From NCBI GenBank assembly GCA_010909165.1, contig VJWM01000284.1:62001-126000 (forward strand): a stretch of 64,000 nucleotides of DNA, in the 5' to 3' direction. Position numbers and translations under genes: made by a program. Within the stretch, counting starts at the first letter, position 1. The number at the start of each line of letters is the position of its first letter. Shown in pieces: positions 1 to 13,800 of the stretch. The notes under the pieces were generated by a model. It did not search any database, was not told the DNA's origin, and was given only the letters and a program-made list of their open reading frames with translations. The stretch is from Anthoceros angustus. Lineage: Eukaryota > Plantae > Anthocerotophyta.

Positions 1-557
1 GCATTTGAGGGTTTTGTAAAACTAGTTGGTGACCATCCTGCCAAGCAAGTGACTGGATTACTTACTGGTCAATTTACGTATGAAGCCATCTCGTGTAAGG
101 GATTGTTTCGAACACGCTCGCTACATGGGCAGACTTTTCTGTAGTGTCGTCGTATTGGCGTGGTTTTATCAGGCTCGCAAGTTTCTAATCACGGTTAAGA
201 CCGTGCAGTCTATGAACAGCTGGTCAAACATCGAATGGCCTGTTGAACTGGAGATTAAATACGTTCGCTTGCTGGAACGATCCGACGGAAAACACCGTGG
301 TTCTCAGCCGTGACCAAGAACCATTTCCCCGGATGGCAGTTGGGAGGAAACCAATCACCGCTACAGGGTACATTAATATTTGCACAATATGCATACATCA
401 TCGACATCGCAATGGAACATGGGACAACTGACTTAAGTTCACATCAGATGCTAAGCACACTCCCTTCTCTTACAACAACCTCCTATTACAACTGCTTGCT
501 GACATTACCCTGACTCCGCATAACACCAGGTGAGTACTCGTTACTCTTCCTTCATTC

Positions 558-2790
558 TCACGGCCGACCCTTATAACTGCAACAACCAGCTTCAAATCAA
601 CGCCACGGTACCCATCCGGTGACAACAATCTCTCTTCTCAACTCTGGACACGATCGGTGCACCCGTGGCAGTCACTGCACATGCGTAGATTCCTCGTTAC
701 CAGAAGAAGGCTACAACTCGAAGTGTTAAAGAGACCAAACGCCTGAGGTATCTCCCGGAATGCCCGCAACGCATATCTCCCTTCCCCTTCTCAGACAGTA
801 GTTTCAACACCAACTTTGTCTGTAGTACGTGGCTCCTTCCTCCTTCGGATGTCCACTCATTCTCTCTACCTTGAGCGTGTTTTACCTCTACAAACGTACA
901 TACCTTCTTCTGCACCTCCACGCCCGGCACTGCAGATTTCTCGTTAGCTCCTGCTACGCTTCTCTGTGTTTCAATCTCCTCTACATTGCTCCACTTACAT
1001 GTATCTGCATTGATATTGGCCATGAGGGGGTATGCGGACACCTGCTGATAGTCCAATCAACAGAGCTTTTCAGAACATCGGATCACCCTCTCAATATCCC
1101 CGTGACTTTCGAGGGCATTCAGCATATCGATTTGCTTTGCGCTGACATAAAAATAGCATGTTCTCTGCCGCATCTGAATGGCCTGCACTTGTCATGCTCC
1201 ATGGTCGGTTGATGCCATGCTACCATAGAATCGAAGTACTTGCGACCCTGTTTCATCAGTCCCTCATGACGGCATGCTGCTAAAAGGCAAGTGAAAGTAG
1301 CATGCTAGCATTTGGCTGAACGCCAGGGACTAACATATCCTCTATAGCAAGCTAGAGTGTCGTGATCTTCAACACAGGTACCACACCCAGCAATCAGGAC
1401 CGTCCATATCACCCACATCCCTAGAGGCCAATCTGTCAAAAACTTGGGATGAATCTTCCAGTTCGGCACATTTCGAATTCCCAACACCGCTACAGTGTCG
1501 TGATCTTCAACACATGTCCCGCACCCAGCAATCAGAACCGTCCATGTTACCCACATCCTTAGAGGCCAATCTGTCAAAAACTTGGCATGAATCTTCCAGT
1601 TTGGCATATTTCGAATTCCCATACATGTTCACCAGGCAGGTGCCCAACAGTATGCTATCTAGCTGCCTTCTTTCCACAATCTGCGAGTGCAGCTGCCTGC
1701 CCCATCTGTAAGGCACCGGCACTTGCACAGGGCTTCAGAACGCAACCTCTAAAGTCATGGGGCGGCCACAACAAGGCCTTCCTGCTCCATTGTCCGTAAT
1801 GAAGAAACGCCTCTTGGCCGAGCCCTTGCTGTGTGCATACCCAGCAAGCAGCACGATCGTGTCACAACATTCCTTATCGCCATAAATAACCCGGCATGAA
1901 CCGTCCAGTTCGCCTCATCTTGCAGACATGTTCACTAGGCAGTTGGCCACCTAGTGACAAGGCCGTCCACCTCCCCTGGAAGCAGCTGCCAGCCCTTCTG
2001 TCAGGTGCCAGCCCTTGCATAGGGCTTCGGCAAGTAAGCATATGTGACATGATCAAGCACAATCAGGCCTTGTTGCTACATTGGTCGGTACAGAACAAGC
2101 GCCTCTTGATCGAACCCATGAAACACAGATCTTCATTCCATGTCACCACATCCTTCGCGGCCGAGCTGCCAAAAGCCCAGCGTGCATCTTCCAGTTCGCC
2201 ACCTAAAATTTCCACACTTGTGCACTAGGCAATTGGCAATAACCACGTCAGGAAGAGTGCTACTGTGCAACGCATCACAGTGCATGTCTTTCAGCCAGAT
2301 TCCAATTTGGCAGCAAATGCACAAGCTTGAAGGGCCACACCTGAGATACGCATCTCCTGGTATCAGTGGTACGGCCTCCTTTGGTTTTTCATGGTTAGAA
2401 TGTGCCAAGACTGTGGAAGGCATTTGGTTTCACACCCTGGTGAACACCTCCATGGCGTCTTGTAACCTACATCCACATGAATACATGCGCAAGATATGGT
2501 TCCCCGAAAATGTACGACTCGTACCCCAAGTTTGACAACAAGATCCGACCTCGTCGCTACTGACCCAGATTGCTCTACCTGCATAGGGTCTTAGCAGAGT
2601 GAAAAACAGAGACTGAGAAACAGGGCAGTCTGTCTGCGCCGGAAATTCTAGGTCTCTAATGGCCTCAGTAAGCTTCACACCGTGACATAACGTGCTCACG
2701 GTTACAGCCGTTACTCCCATTTCCCGACCTATGCCTGCCAGGCTCACGCCTATCTGAAAGGTCGACTTGGGCGGAGGGGCACCATAGGGC
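558..2790 (-). pseudogene. PLS-PPR-E-DYW:KP (GRP-type) pseudogene
   Basis: Fragments across several frames match the intact PPR at 48818-51202: GNHILRMYSCG..LQDAMEVFTRV, GTCLVNMY, ETQRSVAGANEKSAV (KP box), KLVLKLLSEK. The C-terminus reads CCSYKGRP* with the stop at 558-560. Many frameshifts, and the HAE motif is degenerate. Confidence 0.9.
1356..1621. repeat. ~138-bp tandem duplication inside the PPR pseudogene
   Basis: agtgtcgtgatcttcaacaca...tttcgaattccca at 1356-1483 and again at 1494-1621. Confidence 0.85.
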
Positions 2791-3325
2791 ATAGGGAGAC
2801 CTCGAGGTTGTACTCTGTAGCCTTCAGCTGCCATCACCTCTGCGACAAGCAAGAGACAGTGCAGGTAGTCAACCATCCATCCAGGCACCCAGCATGGATC
2901 TTTCATCCCGACGAACCGCCGCTGCTGGATGGAAAAAAGAGCGGTGCACACCAAAATCCAGACCAAGAAAAGTAAGAATACTGGCCTTTAGAAGTATTAC
3001 ATGAGACCCCACGCGGGAATTGGCATGGCCCTTGAGCACGCCGCTGATGTTGACGGCAAACATCCTATCCACAGCTGCAAAGCATGCCGGCAGCACATTC
3101 ACAGCCTCCGAAACCTTCCCACACACTGTGCTTAATATCATTCCACATTATCCCACAGTGAGCCGAATGCTTCATCAACTTCCTTCACTAGTTCACTGCA
3201 ACGGTGCTATTGGAGCAGATTGGCGTCATCTCAACTTTGCTGGCAAACTGGCGTCATCTCAAATTTGCTCATGAAGCCTCTGGTGCAGACATTTGTCATC
3301 CTCCACGGCCTGGTTTGCCCGTTCT
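2790..3325 (-). pseudogene. Gene fragment, probably F-box-associated domain, paralogous to ~60405-60960 (second copy ~4545-5078)
   Basis: Collinear nucleotide similarity to 60405-60960: atagggaga, aaaatccagaccaaga, tacatgagaccc, gcagcacattcacagcctccgaaac, tgcagacatttgtca. The F-box assignment is inferred from context. Confidence 0.55.
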
Positions 3326-3769
3326 GCAGACAAGTCGTATCATTGTTAGAATATGAAGATAAACCTAGAATAACTGGGAACGGAGACGTTATAGATTTGC
3401 AGAGATTGGAAACTCCCATCTACACCGAGGGAGTGGGGAAGAACCCACTCAAGGCCCAAGGCCAAGGGGGACTAGCCCCCGCGAATTAGGGTATTCTTAT
3501 ATTACTCCACCAAGGAAGTATACATGACACCTGCAAACACTAGCATGGCTATCTACAAGCTATTAGTGCGTGTGTGTCATCAGAGTCTAACTTGCTCTGG
3601 TGGTAGTGAGGTTATTCACCTAACCTAGTAGGCCATTGGCCTTGGGGACCATCTATCTACTAGTGCTGGAGTAGCATATGGTTGAATCTCTAACATCATC
3701 GGAAGGAGGATGATATAGGAATCGGTCTAAGGTGTCAAAGATCTGCCGCCACGAGGTGGTATGCAAACC

Positions 3770-3935
3770 TCAAGTGGAGAGAGGTGGAAGGTGAGGACAT
3801 GTGAAGGTTTTAGTTCAAATTGACAGCAAGATGATGAGAGCTGCTGCTGCTGCCATGATACCTGTTCGATTGCACCAGTCCAAGGGTAAAAACCCTTCTG
3901 CTACATTTGAACTGCTCACAGACAGATAGGGAAAC
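3770..3935 (-). pseudogene. Displaced copy of the glucanase last exon plus 3' UTR (second copy ~5523-5688)
   Basis: The reverse complement (gagcag...tacccttggactggtgcaatcgaacaggtatcatggcagcagc...ctaaaaccttcacatgtcctcaccttcc) aligns to 59430-59575. Confidence 0.8.
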
Positions 3936-6189
3936 ACATTCAACACCAGTTCTGCTGTATCCGGTTTGTCGTTTGTCGTTTGTGTCTGAACATCATCAGA
4001 GACAAATCGGATGCAGCAAAACTATCAATTCGATTTGTTGTAGTGTTCTATGGACCAACGCCAGGCCAGCACTTGCTTTGATCCAAGTGGAAAGAGGAAC
4101 TGAAGCTGCCAGTGGATCGTCCGTAGCCCCGCCGTCTGAAGAGCAACACACACCATTGCCAAAAGCCACAATTGTGCGAGCTCCCAGGTACGCCATGGTG
4201 AACACCTCCATGGCGTCTTGTAACCTACATCCACATGAATACATGCGCAAGATATGGTTCCCGAAAATGTACGACTCGTACCCCAAGTTTGACAACAAGA
4301 TCCGACCTCGTCGCTACTGACCCAGATTGCTCTACCTGCATAGGGTCTTAGCAGAGTGAAAACAGAGACTGAGAAACAGGGCAGTCTGTCTGCGCCGGAA
4401 ATTCTAGGTCTCTAATGGCCTCAGTAAGCTTCACACCGTGACATAACGTGCTCACGGTTACAGCCGTTACTCCCATTTCCCGACCTATGCCTGCCAGGCT
4501 CACGCCTATCTGAAAGGTCGACTTGGGCGGAGGGCACCATAGGGCATAGGGAGACCTCGAGGTTGTACTCTGTAGCCTTCAGCTGCCATCACCTCTGCGA
4601 CAAGCAAGAGACAGTGCAGGTAGTCAACCATCCATCCAGGCACCCAGCATGGATCTTTCATCCCGACGAACCGCCGCTGCTGGATGGAAAAAGAGCGGTG
4701 CACACCAAAATCCAGACCAAGAAAAGTAAGAATACTGGCCTTTAGAAGTATTACATGAGACCCCACGCGGAATTGGCATGGCCCTTGAGCACGCCGCTGA
4801 TGTTGACGGCAAACATCCTATCCACAGCTGCAAAGCATGCCGGCAGCACATTCACAGCCTCCGAAACCTTCCCACACACTGTGCTTAATATCATTCCACA
4901 TTATCCCACAGTGAGCCGAATGCTTCATCAACTTCCTTCACTAGTTCACTGCAACGGTGCTATTGGAGCAGATTGGCGTCATCTCAACTTTGCTGGCAAA
5001 CTGGCGTCATCTCAAATTTGCTCATGAAGCCTCTGGTGCAGACATTTGTCATCCTCCACGGCCTGGTTTGCCCGTTCTGCAGACAAGTCGTATCATTGTT
5101 AGAATATGAAGATAAACCTAGAATAACTGGGAACGGAGACGTTATAGATTTGCAGAGATTGGAAACTCCCATCTACACCGAGGGAGTGGGGAAGAACCCA
5201 CTCAAGGCCCAAGGCCAAGGGGGACTAGCCCCCGCGAATTAGGGTATTCTTATATTACTCCACCAAGGAAGTATACATGACACCTGCAAACACTAGCATG
5301 GCTATCTACAAGCTATTAGTGCGTGTGTGTCATCAGAGTCTAACTTGCTCTGGTGGTAGTGAGGTTATTCACCTAACCTAGTAGGCCATTGGCCTTGGGG
5401 ACCATCTATCTACTAGTGCTGGAGTAGCATATGGTTGAATCTCTAACATCATCGGAAGGAGGATGATATAGGAATCGGTCTAAGGTGTCAAAGATCTGCC
5501 GCCACGAGGTGGTATGCAAACCTCAAGTGGAGAGAGGTGGAAGGTGAGGACATGTGAAGGTTTTAGTTCAAATTGACAGCAAGATGATGAGAGCTGCTGC
5601 TGCTGCCATGATACCTGTTCGATTGCACCAGTCCAAGGGTAAAAACCCTTCTGCTACATTTGAACTGCTCACAGACAGATAGGGAAACACATTCAACACC
5701 AGTTCTGCTGTATCCGGTTTGTCGTTTGTCGTTTGTGTCTGAACATCATCAGAGACAAATCGGATGCAGCAAAACTATCAATTCGATTTGTTGTAGTGTT
5801 CTATGGACCAACGCCAGGCCAGCACTTGCTTTGATCCAAGTGGAAAGAGGAACTGAAGCTGCCAGTGGATCGTCCGTAGCCCCCGCCGTCTGAAGAGCAA
5901 CACACACCATTGCCAAAGCCACAATTGTGCGAGCTCCCAGGTACGCCATGGGCTGGCGCCGTAACCTGAATTCCAAGGAGGAGATCAGCGATCTTCAAGC
6001 CTGAAGCTTGCGATTTCAAGACTGTCGATGTCCAGCAGCGCTCGATGAGGGTACTCACGCAGAGGGCGGCAATCGAGCTGGAATCTTGAACTGGACGACA
6101 TGCGATTGATCGATGATGACAGAAGTGTCGCTGCACAGGCCCACTTATACAGGGATTCTGGACTGGAGTCCGAGTACGCATGCTCACTT

Positions 6190-9022
6190 TGAAGAGCGCT
6201 TCCGTGCATCCAGTCGTCCCAAGTCTCCAGTTTCTTTGGCCGGGAGGCCACGAGCAAATCGCACTGGCATTTTGTGGTGATCATGACTTAAGTAAAGAGG
6301 CGGGCACAGTTTGTCCAGCCCGCGCCACTTTTCCTCGCATTTTAGATGCCCACAACCATGCTGTTGGTGTTGGGATCATTACGGATGAAAAGTTGTTAGA
6401 CATCAAATTGATATGAACTAAAAACTTATTCCTCTAAATGGTTTAAAAATTAAAAAAAATTAAAAAGTATTTGAGATAAGATATATAGATATATAAAACT
6501 AAAGATATTGAGATATCCTGAAGTAAAAGATCGAGATACCAGACGGTTATACGCTATATATGTGAGCAGAGGTCAAGTGATTTTATGTAGTTTGTGGTAC
6601 CATGGAACCAAAGAGAGATATCATCATGTTTGCTAGGTGTTTATTATTATTGACTTGCTTGTCATTAATTAGGGATGCTAATGCATTCTCGGTGGCTAAT
6701 ATTATCTTACCATTTGTTGAATCGCACAATGTACTGTGTTTCTGCACCTATGGATGTGACTTTTCTATTGGATTGCCTCCAACTGTTTTTGATTTGTTGA
6801 AGAATGAACCTAGATTCATAGTAGTATACTAATTTTTTCATAGCTCTTCACATGACCCTGTTGCAGCTTTCAGATGGCTCTATAGTGGATTGCGTCAATG
6901 TTGAAAATCAAGTCACCTTACAAGATCCACGTTTTCAAGATCACGTTATTGATGTAATTTAAGGCTTTTAATATTTATGGATATATTTAGCTTTCATTTC
7001 CAACATCTTTTAATCTTTCATGTTCACTACATGCAGAAACCATCACCACCAACGGTACACATAGAAGATGTAGACGATGCAAATCCACCAGTTCAATTGT
7101 ATAAAAAGGAAGTAGGTTCTTGTCCCGAAGGTACCATTCCTATTCTGCGCATGTCGAAAGAAGAAATTCAGAAAATACTAGAGCTCGAGAGGATATCAAA
7201 AAGACCCGAGGGCTTGACCCATCATCCACATAACCCTTCAATTACTTCTTCATCTACAGGAACAATTCAGGTATGCAAAATTTCGCATTTTTGTTAATGT
7301 GAGTCTTGCAATTTTCATATATACTAAGTATTATAAAGATTGTTACTATTGTTATCTTTCAGTATGTGATAGCAAACCTTCAGGGAGAATATCACGGGGG
7401 AGGAGTACATATCAGTCTTTGGAAACCCACAACACCTCAAACAGATTTTACAACCTCCCAAATGTGGGTGATCAATCAGAAAACAAAAGACCTTAACTCT
7501 GCTGAAGCGGGATGGCATGTAAGGCATTTCAGAACTGGCATTTCATTTCTGTATCTTTAAGTTTTGCCTATGGTTTACTGTAAACATTATGCATTTGATA
7601 TCTAGGTCCATTTTTTATCAATTTTTTCGTGTGAGACGACCCATTATTAATTTGAATTGAATTTACTGTACACAGGTGTATCCATCACACTATGCGAGAA
7701 GTACGGATCCTCGTTTGTTTGTTTATTGGACGGTATGTGCTACATAAGTCCTTGCATGGTTTTGATAACTTTAATAGTTTTTTTTGTGTTCTATGATTAA
7801 CTGGAGTTTTATGTGTTTGTTTGTTTATTGGGCGGTACGTGTTACATAAGTCCTTGCATCACTATTCACCAAAAATAAATCCTTGCATAGTTTTAATAAC
7901 TTTAATAGTTTTTTTTTGTGTTCTATGATTAACTAGAGTTTTTTGTGTTGCGCAGTCAGATGGTTATCATTCTATAGGTTGTTATAATCTTTTATGCTCA
8001 GGATTTGTCCAAACTTCTTCAGAATATTTATTAGGTGGAACTTTTACCGGTAACTATGAGGGCACAAGTTTACTATTCACAATCTACAAAGTATATCCCC
8101 CTCTTATCTTTGTTTTCTCAAAATTTCTTAAATCATTTGATTCTTAGTTCCATAGTAAAATATAATTTTTGTACATTTAAACTTCTAATTTATTTATTTT
8201 CCTTGATGCATGTCTAAATTGAAGAGCAACATTTCGGATAATTGGTGGCTGTATATTGATAATAAGCCGGTAGGTTATTGGCCTTTCTCCATCTACTCAC
8301 CAGATTCTCTTCAACAATTCACATCAGATATTATATTTGGAGGCAAGGTGTATCGATCACCTCTAGACTCACCGGTAGCAATGGGAAATGGACGATTTGG
8401 TTCTACAGCAAGAGGTCCAGTACCTTGTGGTGAGACTGATACTCCAGCACATCTTGCCGATTTGTTTTATTTAACGGCGAATGAGGCTAATAATTTAATT
8501 ACACATAAAGTTGAGAATTCTGGGGATCTGAAAATATTGGAATCACATCCGGAAAACTATAATTCGAAGATTTTTTTTCATCAGCCATATGGTCCATGTT
8601 TTGCTGGAGGTACTTGTCTATTTTATGGTGGTCCTGGTGTTTAGAGATCTTCTTGGAACGGATGGAAACCGAGGCCTATTCATATGATGGCTACATTATG
8701 TCATCATAACTAGCTCTATGTAATAGTTAGGATGAACATAGTGAGTAATCTTTTTTTATCTATTTTATTTTGTTAATCATACGGTAAACATGTCTCTAAG
8801 TGAAAAGCTCAAAACGGGACTAGCGTCCTCCTTTCAAGGAGTGACATCCAGACATGAGTTCAATAGAACTCCACACTTAAGACGGATCAGTTCTTCGATA
8901 GGGTGCTGCGCATCCCCAGCTATAAACATCATGCCCTTGTCTCTGCAGTGTGCGGAGCCGCTAGTTGTTCATGTCCTATGGGGTTTCACCCTACGGGTTA
9001 CTCTAGTTGTTAATGCCCTACG
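6190..9022. repeat. Left arm of a ~2.8-kb inverted duplication (partner 17398-21240)
   Basis: Promoter, exons, introns and 3' flank all match the reverse complement of 17398-21240. Confidence 0.9.
6602..8644 (+). CDS. Neprosin family protein (signal peptide + activation peptide + DUF239/G3 glutamic peptidase domain), 405 aa
   Basis: Exons 6602-6730, 6867-6953, 7037-7270, 7363-7518, 7676-7732, 7956-8090 and 8225-8644 are all GT-AG and phase 0, giving an open 1218 nt. Motifs: DGSIVDCV, CPEGTIPILR, SQMWV, SAEAGW, RLFVYWT, GCYNLLCSGFVQ, GYWP, MGNG, FYGGPG. Confidence 0.92.
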
Positions 9023-9083
9023 GAGTTACTCCAAACTAAATTCGAGGGCGAACTTCGATGTATACTTCTATATACCTATATAA

Positions 9084-10758
9084 TGTCTCTAAAGTCACTA
9101 GAAAAAAATGGAGCTGGCCCTTCGGAGGTTGTAGCCGGCTTGTGTGTGCTATGAGGGATTTAATCTTTCGAATGCATCCTTAGGTGGCCAACGGCCTGTT
9201 TGTCATGGTTATTTATGTTTAACCTAGCCATTGGTTAATTAAGTGACCTTTAGGGTTGATTGTTTATAATGTATATAAACTTGACATTCCTATAATTTAA
9301 TTCTCTTGCACACATATTGTAGAGTTTCTTGTCTTCCGCTAAATTGACATAGTATCAGAGCCACAATAGCTGTTGTGTCTGATTGCTAGCGCTGGCGAGG
9401 TTGATATGCACATGACTCACATCCCTCACACATGGAGGGATGTATAATTGTATGCCTATACTTTAGCCAAAGCCTGCACTCCAGATTCAGTTAGTGCTTT
9501 CTAGTTCTAATTCTAGGAAAATGCACTAATGATCCTACATAGGCAATTGACATGGCTAGAAGGGGAGGATGCCATCCGGAGGAGCTGCTGTCTCAATCAC
9601 TTGTAAGGTAGTACAGTAATCAACAAATTCAGGCTTCTTGAAGGTGCTCTTGTAGACTTTCTCCACCACCGCTCAAGAGATCTGATTTGGTGAACAGACG
9701 TGGAGCTTCTCCTCCTCCCCATTGCTACTGCAATTGTCATATGCAGCAACACAGTCAGGATTCCTCCTTCAGACCTCTTCAAGAGACAGGATTGAACTCT
9801 GACCAATTGGTGCAGACATTCTCGATTCGACTTCGATCTTTGGAGGCTCGAATTCAGTCCTTTGAGGAACTGGTCCAGCGCATGTTTGCCCATCAAGTTG
9901 ACAAGTTTGAGGCAATTGATCTTTCATTTACATATCTGGACATGGAGCAGTTCATGATCCAGCCACTCACTTGGGACGAACCAAAATTGGGCATTCTGCA
10001 AGGGATCTTTTGGTTGCTGCATATCTTCCTACGCTGACACCAACCCATGAGCAACGAGAGATATCATCACAGTAATTGCTCAGATCTGAAGCGACGGCTG
10101 AAGTTGCTACATGCATCACGCGGCTTGATCCTATGCTGGCGTTGTGGCTGCCTTCTCCAGCTTACTCACAACGGACTACTCAGCTTGAATTGGACGTGAC
10201 TACTCAGCTTCTATCCAGCCTGCCGGCTTCATACCAGAACTTTGTTTCTAGTCATAACTATGCTCTTCGGGACTCCTGTAAGGCTGTTGCTGCTGGTCAG
10301 CCTTCCACAATCAGCCGGAATGAAGTTGTTGGCGCCCTCCTGCAAGAGAAGCAGAGCCGTTCAAAGTCAGGAGCAGGCTCTCGTCTAAAGGGCAAATGAG
10401 TCCTTTTCGCTACAAGAGGAAAAGGATTCGGAAAGGGGAAGGATAAAGAAAAGACGAACATCCACACTTCTAACTCACCTCCTCCTTCGTCCACTAAGCG
10501 CCAGGGGAACCACAACTGGTGTCTTATTCCAGGTCACTGGGAACGTGACTATCATGAAAAGAAGGCCGGAGAACCTAAGAGAGATAATTTCCAAACAAGA
10601 GGCACACGTGACATTGAAGAATGGCAAGTCCTTTGGCATTTCACAACAACAACAACGAAGTAGCATTACTGCCCTGACAGTTTGTCTGACTTCCTCAAAG
10701 GAGAGATCCTCTCACTGGTTTGTGGATTCCTGGAGCAATTGCCCATATTTGCAACAAT
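9084..10758 (+). mobile_element. Ty1/copia 5' remnant (LTR, PBS, gag, zinc knuckle, start of protease)
   Basis: Putative LTR TGTC...GACA at 9084-9349. Met-tRNA PBS-like tagtatcagagcc at 9350-9362. UBN2-like LLSSLPASYQNFV, degenerate knuckle NWCLIPGHWERD and protease-like WFVDS. Cut by the CACTA end at 10759. Confidence 0.75.
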
Positions 10759-11970
10759 CACTACTAGGAAAACAGGCCTTTTACAACGGAAATTACAACG
10801 GGAATTACAACGCCTTTACTAAGTCTGTAGTAAAAATCCCCGTAGTAAACACACCTTAGTAATATCCATAGTAAAAGTATATACGCGTATACGAGGGCTA
10901 TATCATGTATTGAATACGGTATTGTCCAACCCATACGGTGTATGGCTTGACTCGTGGTCCGTACACTGGTTAAACTTTACAACGGAACCCCTTTACGGAC
11001 ATTACTACGATACACTTACAACGATTTTACAACTTCAATAACCATGGTTAATATACTAGAGTTAAGTACTATTGACCGCAGCTTTATTAATCAAGTTAAG
11101 TAATCGATTCCGATTACCACAAACTAGTTGGCGTTAGTTAACCATGATTAACCTAATCGAATGGTTGCTGTAATCGTATGCACTCGCACGAGCCTTGTAA
11201 TAAGTATGCACTTTACAACGGACCTTGTTGTAAATGAACCCCAGTAGTGGTCTGCTTAGTAGTTAGCATTTACAACGAAGCCTTGTAAAAGGCCCTCGTT
11301 GTAAAGTTTGGAGTAGAGATAGGGTCCGTTGTAAACTTAGTGCTGCAATGAAACAAGTTGTTGTAAAAATCTACAGAGGTCTGCTGAAAAACTCCACTAA
11401 GAGATCCAAAGCCTACTACACCATGCATCCTACAATCGGTAGACTAGTTTGTCACCGGCCTCCATTTGACAAAGAATCTCGCCAACACTCCTTCACAAAC
11501 ATTCAACTACATGAACAAAGCCCACATAACGAGATGAACTTAAACAATTACGTTGAAGCTAACAGAAATTACAAAGTGAAGTGCAAGCTCTATTTACCGA
11601 CCAACTATGATGAGGATTTCTTAGCCTTTTTCAAGAATCGTCCGGGAAGAAGATGTTCCACCATGAAACCTTCATCCCGACCTCTTCTTCGTAATGGCCT
11701 CCATTACCTGCTCATCACACTCTACACTCTCATATCCCGCTCATGCAATAGATTCCACATTCACAACCTTATCGATTTTCCTTCGTAATCCACTTGAGGA
11801 CCCAAGGATGGAATTGTGGTTTCTCTTTCCAATGCGCCTCGCCTTGTTCAGCCAATTTCCATGCCTAGATCCCACACTTGATCTCTTCAAAAGTTGCTTG
11901 CCTATCAAACTTGGCTTTGAACTCCCATGAATTGCTTTTGACCTCCAAACCCAAAGCAAGAATAGGCTTA
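10759..11970. mobile_element. CACTA (En/Spm) DNA transposon end with subterminal repeats
   Basis: CACTACTAGGAAAA terminus, followed by many TTACAACG direct copies and then CGTTGTAA inverted copies. Confidence 0.8.
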
Positions 11971-11974
11971 TGCT

Positions 11975-13585
11975 TTTTCTCCACCACCGCTCAAGAGATC
12001 TGATTTGGTGAACAGACGTGGAGCTTCTCCTCCTCCCCATTGCTACTGCAATTGTCATATGCAGCAACACAGTCAGGATTCCTCCTTCGTCCACTAAGCG
12101 CCAGGGGAACCACAACTGGTGTCTTATTCCAGGTCACTGGGAACGTGACTATCATGAAAAGAAGGCCGGAGAACCTAAGAGAGATAATTTCCAAACAAGA
12201 GGCACACGTGACATTGAAGAATGGCAAGTCCTTTGGCATTTCACAACAACAACAACGAAGTAGCATTACTGCCCGACAATTGTCCGACTTCCTCAAAGGA
12301 GAGATCCTCTCAGTTCAGGATTCCCGGAGCAATTGCCCATATTTGCAACAATCACTACTAGGAAAACAGGCCTTTACAACGGAAATTACAACGGAATTAC
12401 AACGCCTTTACTAAGTCTCAGAGTAAAATCCCGTAGTAAACACACCTTAGTAATATCCATAGTAAAAGTATATACGCCGTATACGAGGGCTATATCATGT
12501 ATTGAATACGGTATTGTCCAACCCATACGTGTAAACCGGGTGGTCCGTACACTGGTTAAACTTTACAACGGAACCCCTTTACAGCGGACATTACTACGAT
12601 ACACTTACAACGCATTTTACAACTTCAATAACCATGGTTAATATACTAGAGTTAAGTACTGTTGACCGTAGTTTATTAACTGGGGTTAAGTAACTGGATT
12701 CCGATTACCACAAACTAGTTGGCGTTAGTTAACCATGATTAACCTAATCGAATGGCTGTAATCGTATGCACTCGCACGAGCCTTGTAATAAGTATGCACT
12801 TTTACAGTATCTGTTGTAAATGAACCTAGTGTATGTGGTTCTGCTGTAAGAGCATTTTACAACGAAGCCCGTTGTAAAAGGCCCTCGTTGTAAAGTTTCG
12901 GGAGTAGAGATAGGGGTCCGTTGTAAACTTAGTGCGTTGCAATGAAACAAGTTTGTTGTAAAATCTACAGAGGTCTGTTGAAAAAAACTCCACTAATGCT
13001 ATACTGGCAAAGCCTACTACACCATGCATCCTACAATCGGTAGTAGACTAGTTTGTCACCTGCGGCCTCCATTTGACAGCAACTTCGCCAACACTCCTTC
13101 ACAAACATTCAACTACATGAACAAAGCCCACATAACGAGATGAACTTAAACAATTACGGTTGAAGCTAACAGGAAATTACAGTGGAAGTGCAAGCTCTAT
13201 TTACTGACCTGAACTATGATGAGGATTTCTTAGCCTTTTTCGCAACTGTCCGGGGAAGAAGATGTTCCACCATGAAACCTTCATCCCGGACCCTCTTCTT
13301 CAGAATGGCCTCCATTACCTGTTCATCACACTCTACACTCTCATATCCCGCTTCATGCAATAGATTCCAGACATTCACAACCTTATCGATTTTCCCTTCA
13401 GAATCCACTTGAGGACCCAAGGATGGAATTGTGGTTTCGCCTCTTTCCAATGCGCCTCGCCTTGTTCAGCCAATTTCATGCCTAGATCCCACTTGATCTC
13501 TTCAAAAGTTGCTTGCCTATCAAACTTGGCTTTGAACTGCCCATGAATTGCTTTTGACCTCCAAACCCAAAGCAAGAATAGGGCT
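11975..13585. repeat. Duplicate of 9658-9770 + 10483-11970 (copia/CACTA junction repeated; second CACTA end at 12353)
   Basis: Near-identical sequence. The internal deletion joins at the microhomology cctccttc. Confidence 0.85.
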
Positions 13586-13800
13586 TACCAATGACGTTTT
13601 CCCCTCGATCGCAGCAATCTTCGTTGATCGGTGCAACAACACCATCCAGCTTATCTTTCTCCTGTTTCAGAAGAACATCCCAATACTCCTTCTTCAGGCT
13701 CTTGGGCACATACTTGTCACTTGATTTCTTCCCATGTAAGAAGTGCCTAGCCAATTGCTTGTCAAACAGTTGCATGGAACACATGAAGTGCGTGTAAGGA
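13214..13800 (-). pseudogene. Degenerate ORF inside the CACTA element, possibly TnpA/Ptta-like
   Basis: Frameshifted coding-like sequence (YVPKSLKKEYWDVLLKQEK...) adjoining the CACTA subterminal region. The family assignment is weak. Confidence 0.35.

Larger units (their letters stand above)
2438..5950. repeat. Near-identical ~1.75-kb tandem duplication (2438-4197 / 4197-5950)
   Basis: Identical ORFs offset by 1753 bp (3220/4973, 3907/5660). The copies differ mainly by 1-bp indels in homopolymers. Confidence 0.9.

Noticed and set aside
1-540. Short ORFs at the window start
   Set aside because: No recognisable motif or consistent frame.
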